Positions 50,248 to 63,834 of a DNA stretch of 64,000 bases are shown one piece after another. Numbering within the stretch: position 1 is the first letter of the stretch; the number at the start of each line of letters is the position of its first letter. The translations under genes and the position numbers were made by a program. Below the pieces are notes generated by a model that did not search any database, had not been told where the DNA came from, and saw only the letters and a list, made by a program, of their open reading frames with translations. The stretch is from Candidatus Marinacidobacterales bacterium. GTDB taxonomy: Bacteria > Acidobacteriota > Vicinamibacteria > Marinacidobacterales > SMYC01. The stretch covers positions 960,001 to 1,024,000 of the forward strand of contig CBDCYI010000004.1 in the NCBI GenBank assembly GCA_965224085.1, written 5' to 3'.

Positions 50248-51264
50248 TCAAAACGATACCCACGCGAGCTTCAAAGGCGGCTTTCCGTCGACCGACGGAA
50301 AATCTTCTTCCGGCTCGAAGAGCTCGAGTGACGCAAAAGGACGACCGTGCTTCTCCGCGGTCCGGCGCAGGATCGCGACCCAGTCCTCTCGACCGACTCG
50401 CGGCGCGTTGTGGGTCAAAAGAAGGCTTCCCCCCGGAGCCGTGGCGAGAAGCGCCGGCTTCAGAAGACTCGGGTAGTCGCGCACGATGTCGATGGCACCG
50501 AACGGCCCTTTGGCCCAGCGCGGCGGATCGAGAACGACGAGATCGAAGCTCCGTGGCTCGAAGCTCTGAAAGGCGCGCTTTTGGGCGCCGCGGCCTTTCA
50601 CTTGAAGCCCGGCGAGCTGGCGCAGCACCGGCACGACGTCTTCTCGAACCATATGGACGCGGTCCCCACCGAAACCATTCAACGCGAGATTCTTTTCAGC
50701 CCAGGCGAGCGACGAACGCGCAAAATCCACGTTCCAAACCTCATCGGCGCCGCCGGCAAGAGCACAAAGCCCGACTCCGCCGGTATAGGCGAAGAGATTG
50801 AGAACGCTTTTCCCTCGGGCGTGCTCGCGCACGCGCCGACGCCCCGCACGCAGGTCGAGGAACAAGAGCGGATCTTGTCCGCGATGGCGCGGCGTCACGT
50901 GATAGCGCAAGCCGAGCTCACCCCCGATGGGCTCGACGACGGGCTCAGCGCCTTCGTAGGGAAGCTGGGCTCCGCGGTTACGACCACGATGGTTCCAGAC
51001 CAGCGTGACGTCCAGGCCGCATTGCTCTCGAACCATTCGGCCAAAATGCTCGACGTCCTCGGGCGTGAGCGGCTCGCGCCACGTCTGCAGCAAGAGAACG
51101 GGCCCGTAGCGATCGATGGTGAGGCCGGGGCGTCCTTCGGCCACGCCGTGAAACAGTCGATAGCAGTCGGTCCCCTCCGCGTGCAGCTGCTCGAGCAGGG
51201 CGCGGCGCCTCTCGATCGCTCCGATAAGAAGTTCTTCGAAAGAAGCGTCTATGAGCTCGGGCAC
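50248..51264 (-). CDS. class I SAM-dependent methyltransferase (RlmI-like)
   Basis: YRLFHG..EG.PGLTIDRY, LFLDLR, VLNLFAYTGG, VVLDPP. Confidence 0.85.
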   Translation of the reverse strand: MPELIDASFEELLIGAIERRRALLEQLHAEGTDCYRLFHGVAEGRPGLTIDRYGPVLLLQTWREPLTPEDVEHFGRMVREQCGLDVTLVWNHRGRNRGAQLPYEGAEPVVEPIGGELGLRYHVTPRHRGQDPLLFLDLRAGRRRVREHARGKSVLNLFAYTGGVGLCALAGGADEVWNVDFARSSLAWAEKNLALNGFGGDRVHMVREDVVPVLRQLAGLQVKGRGAQKRAFQSFEPRSFDLVVLDPPRWAKGPFGAIDIVRDYPSLLKPALLATAPGGSLLLTHNAPRVGREDWVAILRRTAEKHGRPFASLELFEPEEDFPSVDGKPPLKLAWVSF

Positions 51265-51517
51265 AGATTTAGGTGCCGGCCCAGTCGGGAGGATATGGGA
51301 CCGCGGTGACTTGATAGGCGATACCGTTCGTCTCAGCCAAGGTGATGCACAAAATCCGCGTCGTCATCGCTCCAGACCGGACCGAGCACGCGCGCCGACA
51401 ACTGGAAGTCGGCGCGCGCTGTGGACGGCGCGGCCGTCGGGGCGATGGGTGAATTCGAGTTGCCGCACGCCGCCACCCAGGCGAGAATGCTCAAAAGCGA
51501 GGGCAAAGGCATAGGAA

Positions 51518-53618
51518 CTACGCCCGCACGAGCCCCGAGTGGCGTAGAAGCGCTTCCGTAGACGGTTCGCGTCCGCGAAAGCGCTTGAAGACTTCCATCG
51601 GCGACTCGCTCCCTCCGAGCGAAAGGATGGTGTCGCGGAAGCGCTTCCCCGTCGCTTCGATCGACCCCGGCTCGTCGAGCCCGGCCTCTTCGAAAGCACC
51701 GAAGGCGTCGGCCGAAAGCACCTCCGCCCATTTGTAGGAATAGTAGCCCGCGGAATAGCCGCCTTGAAAAATGTTCGAGAAGCCGCACAAGAAACGATCT
51801 TCGGGAATCGGCGGAAGCACCGTCGTCTTTTCGGCCACGCGCCTTTGGACGTCGAACACCGTTTCGTCGCCATCCGGTTCATGGCGGTGATGAAGCTCCA
51901 AATCGAGCACGCCGAAATTCAGCTGACGCAGCATGAGGCTTGCGGATCGGAAGGTGCGGGCTGCGACAATCTTGTCGAAAAACGCCTCGGGTAGCTTTTC
52001 CTTCGTTTCGACATTCTCCGACAAGCCGATCAACGTTTCACGATGATAGCACCAGTTCTCCATGAACTGGCTCGGAAGCTCCACCGCGTCCCACTCCACG
52101 TTACGGATGCCGGCGGCGAGCCCGTAATCGACGCGCGTCAGCATGTGCTGAAGCGTGTGGCCGAACTCGTGAAAGAGAGTCTCCATCTCGCGAAACGTCA
52201 TGAGAGACGGCTTGCCGTCGACCGGCGGGGACCCGTTACACACGAGATAGGCCACCGGAAGCCGCGCCTCGCCACTCGCCCGCGGGAAAAGACGGCTTCG
52301 CCCGACGACCTCGTTCATCCACGCGCCGCCGCGCTTTTCCGCGGGCCGGCTGTAGTGGTCCATGTAAAAAGCAGCGAGGTCCTCGCCGTCGCGCGCGCGT
52401 ACACGGAAAAAGCGTACGTCTTCGTGCCACACCGGCACTTCGCCATCCGCGGCGACAACGTCGATGTCGAAGAGCTTCTTCGCGAGCGCGAACAGACCGT
52501 TGAGCACGTGCGGGAGCGGAAAGTACGGTCGGAGCTCTTCCTCGCTGAAGTCGAACCGCGCTTCTCGTAAACGCTCGCTCCAAAACGCGATATCCCACGG
52601 CCTCGTGTCATCGGCCGTTTCGTTGGCGCCGTGCTCCCGCATGAAGTCACGAAGCTCGGTCGAGATCGTTTTGTGCGGCGCCATAAGAAACGACTCGCAG
52701 CTCTTCGAGAAGCTTCTCCGCGCGCTCCACCGACCCCGCCATCTTTCGAGAAAGCGAAAGCTCCGCGTAAGTTTGGAAACCTAGGAGCTTCGATTCTTCG
52801 CGCCTCAATTTCAAAATCGAGTTGATGATAGGACGGTTATCGAGCTCGCCGTCGCTCGCACGACTGACGAGAGCGCGGTATAGGGTCTCGCGCAAGCCCC
52901 GCCGCGCGCTGTGGCTCATGAAACCGAGAAAGCTCGGCGCGTCCAACGAGATGCGCCACGGTCCGGATTCGGCGGTAGCGTCCTCCCTGCCCGCGTCCCT
53001 CGCGCTTTGCGCCGCCAACTTCAAATAGCTCTGCGGCAAACCTTCGATCTCTTCTCGGGACGTCAGCTGCACGCTGAACGCTTTGGTCGCATCCAGAAGG
53101 TGGTTCCCGAAACGTGTCGAAAGCTCCGCGAGCTCGAGCTTTAACGCCCGAAAGCGCTCGCGCTCGTCGCCTTCGAGGCCAACGCCCGCAAGATCGGCCG
53201 CTTCGATGAGCTTTTCCAAGATGCGCTCCTGCGCCGCGTCGAGCTTTCCGTCCCGCCTATCCCGAAGTCCTATCAGCCGCCGATAAATCTCCTGGCTCTG
53301 GGCTATCCTCATCCCCAGCTTCACGACTTCCGGCTCCATGGTTTCGTAGGCTTCGCGCAACGCGTCGCTGTTTTGAACGCTCATCAAATGCTCGACGAGG
53401 CCCCAGCCAAATCCAAGGCGGTCCTGCGTCCGCTCGATCGGCTCGACAATGCCTTCCCAGCTCGACGTCCCGTTCGCTTCAAGCTCTTCGAGCATGGCCT
53501 CGACTTCTGCCAAAAGCGCACGGATACCCGGCGCTACGTGCGCGGGCTCGATGACATCGAAAGGCGGGACGCTCGAGGCGTCTTGCAACAGGGTGTTTTT
53601 TTTCGACTCACTCATCAT
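51518..53618 (-). pseudogene. prlC: oligopeptidase A (M3 family), 1-bp frameshift near 52660
   Basis: LFHEFGH, DAVELPSQFMENW, GYSAGYYSYKWAEVL; the two ORFs join into a full-length protein. Real mutation or sequencing error. Confidence 0.85.
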
Positions 53619-53639
53619 GTCTAGTTTCCATGGTCTATT

Positions 53640-54425
53640 CTACAAATCTAGATCGATTTTTACCGGCGCATGATCCGATGGGAGCTTCCATCCGCGAACT
53701 CGGTCGAGGACGTCCACCGCGAGAAGGCGCTCGCGAAGCTTAGGCGTCACCCAGGCGTGGTCGAGCCGCCGCCCTTTGTTGACACCCTTCCAATCGGGAG
53801 CGCGATAGCTCCACCACGTGTAGAGCTTCTCGGACTCGGGAACGAAATGCCGCGCGGCGTCGACCCAATCCGCCGACGCACGCAGATTCTCGAGCGCCGC
53901 AACCTCGACGGGCGTATGGGTGACGACCCGCAGAAGCTGTTTGTGCGACCAAACGTCATTCGGAAGCGGCGCGATGTTGAGATCCCCGACGAGGATCCCG
54001 CCTGCGCTGTTCACGCCTCGCCGGCGAAACCACCGCGTCATATCGCGAAAAAACTGAAGCTTGTGCGCAAACTTGGGATTCTTGTCGGGGTCGGGCACGT
54101 CTCCCCCGGCCGGCGCATACACATTATGAAGCTCGATGCCACCCGGAAGCGTCGCGAAGATGTGACGGCAATCGGAACGACGGCACCAAGCTTTCGCTCG
54201 GGCGTCAGAGAGCGGCATTCGAGAAAGAATGGCTACCCCGTGATACCCCTTCTGCCCCGAGATGAGCTGATGTATGTACCCAAGCTGACGAAACCGCGCG
54301 GAGGGGAAAAGCTCGTCGACGCATTTGATTTCCTGCAAACAAAGGATGTCCGGCTGATGCTGCCTGAGAACGCGCAAAACCGCCCGAAGCCGCACCGAGT
54401 TGATGTTCCAGCTGATAATTCGCAA
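53640..54425 (-). CDS. xth: exodeoxyribonuclease III
   Basis: ISWNINSVR, LCLQEIK, VGDLNIAP, YTWWSYR, RLDH, PSDHAPV. Confidence 0.93.
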   Translation of the reverse strand: MRIISWNINSVRLRAVLRVLRQHQPDILCLQEIKCVDELFPSARFRQLGYIHQLISGQKGYHGVAILSRMPLSDARAKAWCRRSDCRHIFATLPGGIELHNVYAPAGGDVPDPDKNPKFAHKLQFFRDMTRWFRRRGVNSAGGILVGDLNIAPLPNDVWSHKQLLRVVTHTPVEVAALENLRASADWVDAARHFVPESEKLYTWWSYRAPDWKGVNKGRRLDHAWVTPKLRERLLAVDVLDRVRGWKLPSDHAPVKIDLDL

Positions 54426-54452
54426 AACGGGACACCGAATGTTGGCCGGGAG

Positions 54453-54900
54453 CTACTCCGCTACACGAGGGAGCGGTTCAACTGTGCCTGGACAGAGTTG
54501 AACCTCCGGTTCACCGACGCGGTCAGTTGAACGACGGTACGCGTCCATTTTCTCTTTCCCGTAGTCCAGCTCCGCCATATACAGGTTGTGACAACGACAG
54601 ATGAGTCGAATATTGTTCGCGCTACGATCGCCACCGAGTCCGTATGGATCGTCGTGATAGTACTCTAGCCGGTGGCGCTCCGGACATCGTCTGCCGCTGC
54701 CAGTGACGAACGTGCATTTTCCACCATCGCGTTTCCACACGGCCCGCTTCACCGCGGCAGCGATGCCGCGCACACCCGGTGACGTGTCGGCGTCCTCGAC
54801 ATTCTTTCTCGGATTTTTCGTTTTGCGGAAACGCTTGGCTTCGACCCGCTCGTTCTCCTCGCCCCCTTCTGCTCTGTCTGGACAGAGTTGACGTTCGCAA
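54453..54900 (-). pseudogene. HNH endonuclease C-terminal remnant
   Basis: IAAAVKRAVWKRDGGKCTF...GRRC....LEYYH..P..LGG....NIRLICRCHN. Confidence 0.7.
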
Positions 54901-55042
54901 AGCAGCGCCAGAAATTCGAGTACAATCCGACCCCTGTCACTCGAGCCCGTCACCACTGCCAACGCCCGGCTCGAAATCTTCTATCTGGCACGTGGGACGT
55001 TGATCAATCCTGAATGCTGGTCCGAGCTATACTCCGCCCCCG

Positions 55043-56029
55043 ATGACGGTAGCCGAAGAAACCACCTCCCTCCATGTCGTTCGGGGCGCCATCGGCGGCC
55101 TTCTCATGGGGCTCGCCAACCTCGTTCCCGGCATCAGCGGGGGCACGATGCTGCTCTCGGTCGGTGTCTATCCCGAGTTCATCGGCGCCATCGCGGAAAT
55201 CACAACCCTGCGCTTCAAGCTGCGCTCGATACTTCTTCTTGGCAGCGTCGTGGCCACCGCCGCGCTCGCCATCTTGCTCTTCGCAGGTCCCGTCAAAGAC
55301 CTCGTCGTCGACCACCGCTGGATCATGTACAGCTTGTTCATCGGCCTCACGCTCGGCGGCATCCCGATCGTATGGAAGCTCGCGAAACCGATGAGCTCCG
55401 GTCTTCTCGTGGGCGCCGCGGCCGGATTCGTCGTCATGCTTTTGATGGCGCTCGGCCAGCCGGTCTCGAGTGCCTCTGCCGGACCGGCCTATGGGCTTCT
55501 CTTCGTTGCCGGGCTCGCGGGCGCGAGTGCTATGATCCTACCCGGCGTCAGCGGCGGCTATCTGCTCTTGCTCCTCGGACAATATGTGCCGATTTTGAGC
55601 GCTGTCAGCGATTTCAAACAAGGCCTGACGGGCTCGCCACGCGATTGGGCTCTCTTGATCGAAGCGATGAAAGTGGGCGTCCCCGTCGGCATCGGCGTCG
55701 TAGCCGGCGTTGTCGGAGTCAGCAATCTCTTGCGCTATCTTCTCGATCGCTACCGCAAACCCACCCTCGGTGCCCTCCTGGGCCTCCTTTTCGGCGCCAT
55801 CGTCGGCATCTGGCCGTTCCAAGGAGGCGTGCCGCCCGCGCCCGGCCAGACGATCAAAGGCACGGTCGTCACCGCGGCGAACGCGGGCAGCTTCGACGCC
55901 GAAGACTGGTCCACGGAGCACTTCACGCCCAGCGCGGTGCAAGTGCTTGCCTCAATCGCGCTCATCGGTTCCGGCTTTGCGGCCACACAAGGCGTGAGCC
56001 GTTTCGGAACAAGGCGTAACCATCTCTAA
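55043..56029 (+). CDS. DUF368 family membrane protein
   Basis: MGLANLVPGISGGT and AMILPGVSGG repeated motifs. Confidence 0.88.
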   Translation: MTVAEETTSLHVVRGAIGGLLMGLANLVPGISGGTMLLSVGVYPEFIGAIAEITTLRFKLRSILLLGSVVATAALAILLFAGPVKDLVVDHRWIMYSLFIGLTLGGIPIVWKLAKPMSSGLLVGAAAGFVVMLLMALGQPVSSASAGPAYGLLFVAGLAGASAMILPGVSGGYLLLLLGQYVPILSAVSDFKQGLTGSPRDWALLIEAMKVGVPVGIGVVAGVVGVSNLLRYLLDRYRKPTLGALLGLLFGAIVGIWPFQGGVPPAPGQTIKGTVVTAANAGSFDAEDWSTEHFTPSAVQVLASIALIGSGFAATQGVSRFGTRRNHL

Positions 56030-56038
56030 CGGCTAGAA

Positions 56039-56067
56039 TTGACGGCTCCGCTCGAGCGCTGTAACAT
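56039..56067 (+). promoter_or_regulatory. sigma-70 promoter of ahcY
   Basis: TTGACG-N17-TAACAT; AAGGAG SD before TTG 56107. Confidence 0.7.
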
Positions 56068-56106
56068 GATTTGATTCGAACGATTTCGAGCGAAGGAGTA
56101 AGCATT

Positions 56107-57609
<1,503 letters not shown>

Positions 57610-57620
57610 TACTGATTACT

Positions 57621-57661
57621 GTGAGGTGACCTCCACGGCGGGCGCCGCAAGGTCACCTCAC
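57621..57661. terminator. hairpin between convergent genes
   Basis: GTGAGGTGACCT...AGGTCACCTCAC 12-bp stem. Confidence 0.65.
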
Positions 57662-57673
57662 TCATGGAAACGC

Positions 57674-58177
57674 TTACGAAAGCGCTCCGGCCAAGAACAT
57701 GGTGCCGAAGTGAAGCGTCAAAACGGCCTTGCCTTCGAACTTGCCGTGCCCGGGCGTGATGTCGATGAGCATGTGATCGGCGCTGCCCATGCTCCCGGAA
57801 TACATCGAGTCGAGCTTGATGATGTTCGCCTCGGCCGGGGTGTCCCCACGCGAGAGGCCGCCTTTGTAGAGCGCCATCGTCCAGTCGTTGTCGCCGTTTT
57901 TGATGACGCCGATCGTGTGCTCCCCGGATGGGATCTCGGTGCTGCCAGACATAGCAGCCGCAGACAGCTTCAGCCTCGGACCCCGAGGCGTCACGAAGGT
58001 GCCCGCCGCCGCGCTCTCCGCACGGCTGAGATTCGCCGGCGTCGTGTTGTATGAGATGGTCGCTTCGGCACCACCCGGAAGCTTCGCGGTAACGGTCTTA
58101 TTGAAGTGCGGGTGGGCTAGCGCGAAGCTCGGAGCGAGCAGAAGCACCAGCACGCACAGTACGGAAACAATTTTCAT
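57674..58177 (-). CDS. secreted hypothetical protein (DUF2911-like)
   Basis: Signal peptide ending ALA-H; GGAAGG SD upstream; family is a guess. Confidence 0.7.
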   Translation of the reverse strand: MKIVSVLCVLVLLLAPSFALAHPHFNKTVTAKLPGGAEATISYNTTPANLSRAESAAAGTFVTPRGPRLKLSAAAMSGSTEIPSGEHTIGVIKNGDNDWTMALYKGGLSRGDTPAEANIIKLDSMYSGSMGSADHMLIDITPGHGKFEGKAVLTLHFGTMFLAGALS

Positions 58178-58446
58178 TTGCCTTCCTCCAATTCGGCGGA
58201 TGCTATCGAGCATCGGGTACTAATTGCAAGTGTCTTTGTGGCATTTCTGTGGCGGCAGCATGGCGAGCGAATGGCGCCTCAATCCAAAAGGTTTTTAGAT
58301 CGAGTAAGAAGCGCCCATCGCTCGTAAGAATTACATGCGCGCGCGCCTATCTGTTTTGCCGTTCAACTCCGTCATGTTGAAAAGTAGATTGCGAAACCGC
58401 CGCGCTTCAAGGATGTGCCGTCGGCGCGCTCGTCCTGCCGTCTGCC

Positions 58447-58462
58447 TGGCGCGATATTTGCT
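58447..58462 (+). promoter_or_regulatory. sigma-54 (-24/-12) promoter
   Basis: TGGCGC-GATAT-TTGCT (GG-N10-GC), about 70 bp upstream of the alpha-2-macroglobulin start. Confidence 0.65.
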
Positions 58463-58534
58463 AACCTGATTAAACGTACTTCGATTCAATCAAGAAATCC
58501 GAAACCCCAGGACATTTCCCGAAAGGGGGTCGCC

Positions 58535-61500
58535 GTGAAACTTCGCCGCCGTCTCTTCGTTTGGCTCCTCGTCGCCACAGCCGGAGCCGTCGCTGGATGC
58601 AAACGCGACCAGCCTGCTCCCGTCGATCCGTCGACCCAAGATCCGCTGTGGGCCGATGTCATCGTGTCGCACACGGGCGGCTCGGTCACAAAGAAAACGC
58701 ACGTCCGCGTCCGCTTCGCAGAAGACGCCGTCAACGAAGGGCGCGTCGGGAAAGACGCGAGCTCGGTGCTCTCGATAGAGCCCGCAGTCCCGGGCAGTTT
58801 GACCTTCGTCGACCCGCGCGGGATCGTCCTCGTGCCTTCGGAGGATCTCACCAGTGGTCAGCGCTACCGCGTGACGTTGAACCGCCGTGGATTGCAGAAC
58901 ATCCCCGGAGCTCTTCGGAGCTTTGTTTTCGACTTCGAGGTCATCGAGCAGGCATTCGAGCTCGAGCTTCATGGCTTGCGCGCAAGCGCCGCGGGCGACG
59001 GAAGCATGGTCCTTGGTGGCGTGCTCCGCACCGCGGATACAGAAGACGCCGACCACATCGAACAGGTGCTCGTCGCGCACTTCCTTGGCGAGGAGCAGCC
59101 GATTGCATGGCGCCACCTGGGTGACGGCAAGGCCCACGAGTTCGACGTAGGGGCCATCACCCGACAGGACGAAACGGCCACGCTTCGGCTCGAGTGGGAT
59201 GGCTCGGCTATTGGCCTCGACAACCGAGGCAGGCGGGACGTCGACGTCCCCGCCGCGGGAGTTTTCGAGGTCACCCGTATTCAAACGGTGCGCGAAGCGC
59301 AGCCTTACGTCCAGGTCTATTTTTCGGATCGGCTCGACCCTCAGCAGAATCTCCGCGGGCTCGTCCGTCTCGGCTCGGGCGAGCACACGACACGCGTCGA
59401 AGGGAATATTCTCAAAGTCTATCCCGAGCCCGGTTTCGAAGGCACGGCCACGCTCATTCTCGAGCCCGGCATCCGAAACCGCGACGGCGGCCGCCTCGAG
59501 GACGTGTTCAAGCGCTCGGTCGCTTTCGAGAGGCAGCGGCCGCAAGTGCGCTTCGCCGGCAAAGGCGTCATTTTGCCGGACAACCCCGTCCTTCAGATCC
59601 CTTTCGAAGCCGTCGGGGTCCGCGCGGTGCGCGTCGCGGCGTTCCAGGTCTTCGAGGATAACGTCGGCCAATTTCTGCAATCGAACAAACTAGATGGCGC
59701 GCACGAGCTCAGGCGCGTCGGACGCTACCTCTGGCGAAAGAAGCTCCTTCTCTCTCCCACCGAGCCGAACCGATGGAACCGCTACAGTCTGGATGCGACC
59801 GAGCTCTTCGACAAGCACCCGGGCGGTTTTTTTCAGCTGACGCTCTCCATCACGCGCGCCGATGCGACCGCGACCTGCCCAGGGCAAGCGACGCCAGGGG
59901 ATGTCGAAGCTCCCCTCATGAACAACGAGGACCTGTGGGTGCAGGAGAGCAGCAGCTGGAGCTATGCCGAAGATTATTACGGGCAAAGCGGCGACGGTAG
60001 CAGCTGGCGCGACCGTCACGATCCTTGCAAGGACGCCTACTACCAGTACGAACGGGGCGTGCGCGACGAACGAAATTTTCTCGCATCGAATATCGGCCTT
60101 CTCGTCAAGCGCGAGCCCACCGGGAAGCTTTTCGTCGTGGCCACCGACCTCCGGACCTCGGAGCCGATGCGAAGCGTCGACATCGACCTAATTAATTTCC
60201 AGGACCAGCGCATCGGCGAGGCGAGAACGAACGTCAACGGCTTCGCCGAGATCGACGTCAACGCCACCCCGTTCTATCTCCTCGCCGAGAAAGGCACCGA
60301 TAAGGGCTATCTCAAGCTCTCTCGCGGCACAGCACTTCCCGTGAGCCATCTCGATGTCGGCGGCGAGAAAATCACCCACGGGATCAAGGCGACTATCTAT
60401 GGGGAGCGCAGCGTCTGGCGGCCGGGGGACGATCTTCATCTCACTTTGGTCGTCGAGGACCAGAGCGGCCTCATCCCCCCCAAACACCCAGTCACGATGG
60501 AGCTCATGAGCCCGCGAGGTCAGATCGTCGAGCGCTTGACCAACGCCCTGCCCGTAGGCCGCTTCTACGCCTTCACGATGCAGACCAGGGAGGACGCACC
60601 GGCCGGTATCTGGACCGCGCGCGCACGTCTCGGCGGCGCCACGTTCACGAAAGCGCTGCGTATCGAGACGGTCATGCCCAACCGTCTCAAAGTCGATCTC
60701 GATTTCGGCGCGGAGACGCTCGAGCGGAGCCACATGCCGCTCTCAGCCGAGCTCTTTGGCCAATGGCTGACCGGTGCGACGGCCGCAGGTCTCGATGCGG
60801 ACGTCCAAGTGCGGCTCGCGCCGACACCGACACGGTTGTCGCGCAGCACCGATTTCGTGTTTGACGATCCCGCTCGCACGTTCGCGGGCGAGCCCGAGAC
60901 CCTCTTCGAAGGTCAGCTCGATAGCGACGGCGTCGCCCGATTTCGCGCCAACATCGACGTCGAGCAACAAGCACCCGGTATGTTGCGGGCAAGCTTTAGC
61001 TCGCGTGTTTTCGAGCGCGGCGGTGCCTTCAGCGTGAGCCGCGAGAGCTTTCCCTTTTCACCCTACGACCACTATGTGGGGATCAAGATCCCGAAAGGCG
61101 ACGCGACCCGCAACATGCTTCTCACAGACGTCAACCACACGGTAGAGATCGCGAGCCTCGATAGAGAGGGGCAGCCCGTGTCCCTCGAGAGCGTGCGCAT
61201 CAACCTTTATAAACTTGACTGGCGGTGGTGGTGGGATAAATCCGGAGAGTCGCTCGCCGAGTATGCGAGTGCGCAGCACACCGGCGTCGTGCAGCAAGAC
61301 ACCATCGCGACCACTGACGGCCGCGGCAGATGGACGTTCCAAATCCAATACCCGACTTGGGGCCGCTACATGATCCGCGCCTGCGACACGAACGGCAGCC
61401 ACTGCACTGGCAAAGTCTTCTACATCGACTGGCCCGGATGGGCGGGCCGCGCGCAAGAGCAGTCCGGTCCGGGCGCGAGCACGCTGAGCTTCGTCTCGGA

Positions 61501-63217
61501 CAAGCCGTCCTATCGCGTCGGCGAGGTCGCCGCGATCCAGCTCCCCGAAGCTACTGAGGGGCGGGCGCTTCTCACCATCGAATCGGGCTCTCGCATTCTC
61601 GAGCAACGTTGGCTCGAGTTCCACGGTGACGCCGCCGTCGCGCCGCTTCGCGTCCCCGTCACGGCGTCCATGGCCCCGAACATCTATGTCAGCGTGACCC
61701 TCGTCCAGCCGCATGCGGGAAGGACCAACGATCGTCCGATCCGTCTTTACGGCATCATCCCTCTTCTCGTGGAGGATCCCGAGACCCGTCTCGAGCCCAC
61801 GCTCGAGGCTCCCGAAGAATGGGCACCTCGCTCGACCGCAAGGATCCAGGTCGCGGAAGCATCCGGACGCGCGATGACGTACACCGTTGCGGTCGTCGAC
61901 GAAGGCCTCCTCGGGCTCACGAACTTCAAAACGCCGAAGCTCCACGACCACTTCTTCAAGCGAGAAGCGCTCGGCATCACGACATGGGATCTCTTCGACG
62001 ACGTTGTCGGCGCCTATGGCGGCGAGCTCGAACGACTGCTCGCTCTAGGAGGCGGCAACGCCGCGGATATCGAGCAAGAGACCGAGCGCAAACGCTTCCC
62101 TCCCGTCGTGACGTTTCTCGGACCTTTCGAGCTCCCGGCACGGGCCACAAACGAACACTTGTTCGACATTCCTCAATATGTCGGCGCGGTCCGGGTCATG
62201 GTCGTTGCCGGGAGTAAAGGCGCCTACGGATCGACGGACAAATCCGTCTATGTTCGCAAGCCTCTCATGCTCCTCCCGACCCTCCCTCGTGTGATCGGGC
62301 CGACGGAAGATCTGAAGGTTCCGGTCTCCACGTTCGTCATGGACCCTTCGATCAAAGACGTCGAGTTGACGCTCGAAGTCGACGAACACTTCGAAGTCAT
62401 CGGCGCCAGAACGACGAGCCTCTCTTTCGAGACTCCCGAAGAGAAGCTCGGCTTTTTTTCGTTGAAAGCCGGACGGCGCCTCGGTACTGGGACGGTGAAG
62501 GTCACGGCCACGAGCGGACGCCACCACGCGAGCGCCGAGATCGCCCTCGAGGTTCGAAGCGCTAACCCGCCGACGACCCGAGTCGTGCGGACGACGATCG
62601 ACGCTGGGACGAGTTGGGATACGACGATCGCGCCACACGGCATGCCCGGAACGAATCAAGTGAGCCTCGAAGTCTCGGCCGTGCCTCCGCTCGACCTCGA
62701 GCGACGCGTCGACTATCTCATCCGCTACCCGCATGGCTGCGTCGAGCAGACGACCTCTGCGGCTTTCGCACAGCTCAACTTGCCTCTCTTGACGAAGCTC
62801 GATGACGCCCGGCGCACCGAAATCGAAAGAAACGTTCAGTCCGGAATCGAGAGACTCCGCCGTTTCCAGGTACCGACCGGCGGCTTCGTCTACTGGCCCG
62901 GCGGATTCTGGGTCGTCGACACGCGGAACAACTGGTCCACGAACTATGTCGGGCACTTTCTCATCGAGGCGGACCGGCTCGGCTACTACGTGCCTGCAGC
63001 GATGTTGTCGGATTGGATCAACCATCAGAAATCTGTCGCACATGCGTGGACCGGGGGAAGCGACCACGCGGCGCTCGACCAGGCCTACCGGCTCTACACG
63101 CTCGCCCTCGCGGGGTCCGCCGAGCTCGGCGCCATGAACCGCTTGCGCGAATCGAGCGTGCTGCCGCTCGTAGCGCGCTGGCAGCTCGCAGCCGCTTATC
63201 AGCTAGCCGGAATCTGA
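58535..63217 (+). pseudogene. bacterial alpha-2-macroglobulin lipoprotein, 3'-truncated
   Basis: Lipobox AVAGC; YGERSVWRPGD, VAVVDEG, thioester YPHGCVEQ; ends abruptly within the thioester domain and abuts a nitrilase fragment. Confidence 0.88.
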
Positions 63218-63834
63218 TCTGGGGACAGGGCGACGGTAGCGGCCTCCAGTTGATCGAGACCGCCGTAGGCCGTGTGGGTGCGCTGGCCTGCTGGGAGCAC
63301 TACAACGCCCTCGCCCGCTTTGCGTTGATGAGCGAGCACGAAGAGATCCACTGCGCCCAGTTCCCGGGGTCCATGGTAGGACCGATCTTCGCCGAGCAGA
63401 TGGAAGTCACCATCCGCCACCATGCTCTGGAATCGGGCTGCTTCGTCATCAACGCCACCGGATGGCTCGACGACGAGCAGATTGCCCAAATCACGCCGGA
63501 CGAGAAGCTCCAGAAAAGCCTGCGGGGAGGATGCTGCACCGCCATCATCTCCCCCGAAGGCAAGCATATGTGCGAACCGATCCAAGAAAGTGAAGGCATG
63601 GCAGTGGCCGAGCTCGACGTCTCGCTCATCACCAAGCGGAAGCGGATGCTGGACTCTGTCGGGCACTACGCGCGACCAGATCTTCTGCGCCTCGAAGTTG
63701 ACAAGACCCCGCGAAAGGTCGTTACATCTCATGTGAGCCCGCCTATCCCCCGACAGAAGGAGGAAGCGACAGATGCTGACGGAACGCGATCTTCAATCGA
63801 CCCTGATCAGCCTGAAGCAGCATCTCATCTCTGA
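63215..63834 (+). pseudogene. Nit1C (Nit6803-type) nitrilase, 5'-truncated
   Basis: [52 protein letters not shown]; the catalytic Glu/Lys half is missing. Confidence 0.85.

Noticed and set aside
41231-53618. Programmed ribosomal frameshifting in the kinase and prlC genes
   Set aside because: No slippery heptamer is evident at the shift sites; 1-bp mutation or sequencing error is simpler.
56030-56106. SAH riboswitch upstream of ahcY (GAGCGCTGTAAC resembles the motif)
   Set aside because: The segment lies within the spacer and -10 of a well-spaced sigma-70 promoter, so it is probably not transcribed, and the downstream conserved riboswitch elements are absent.
58486-63067. Long antisense or alternative-frame ORFs here and throughout the window
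   Set aside because: Shadow ORFs expected in GC-rich coding DNA, with Arg/Pro/Ala-rich or mirror-codon composition.
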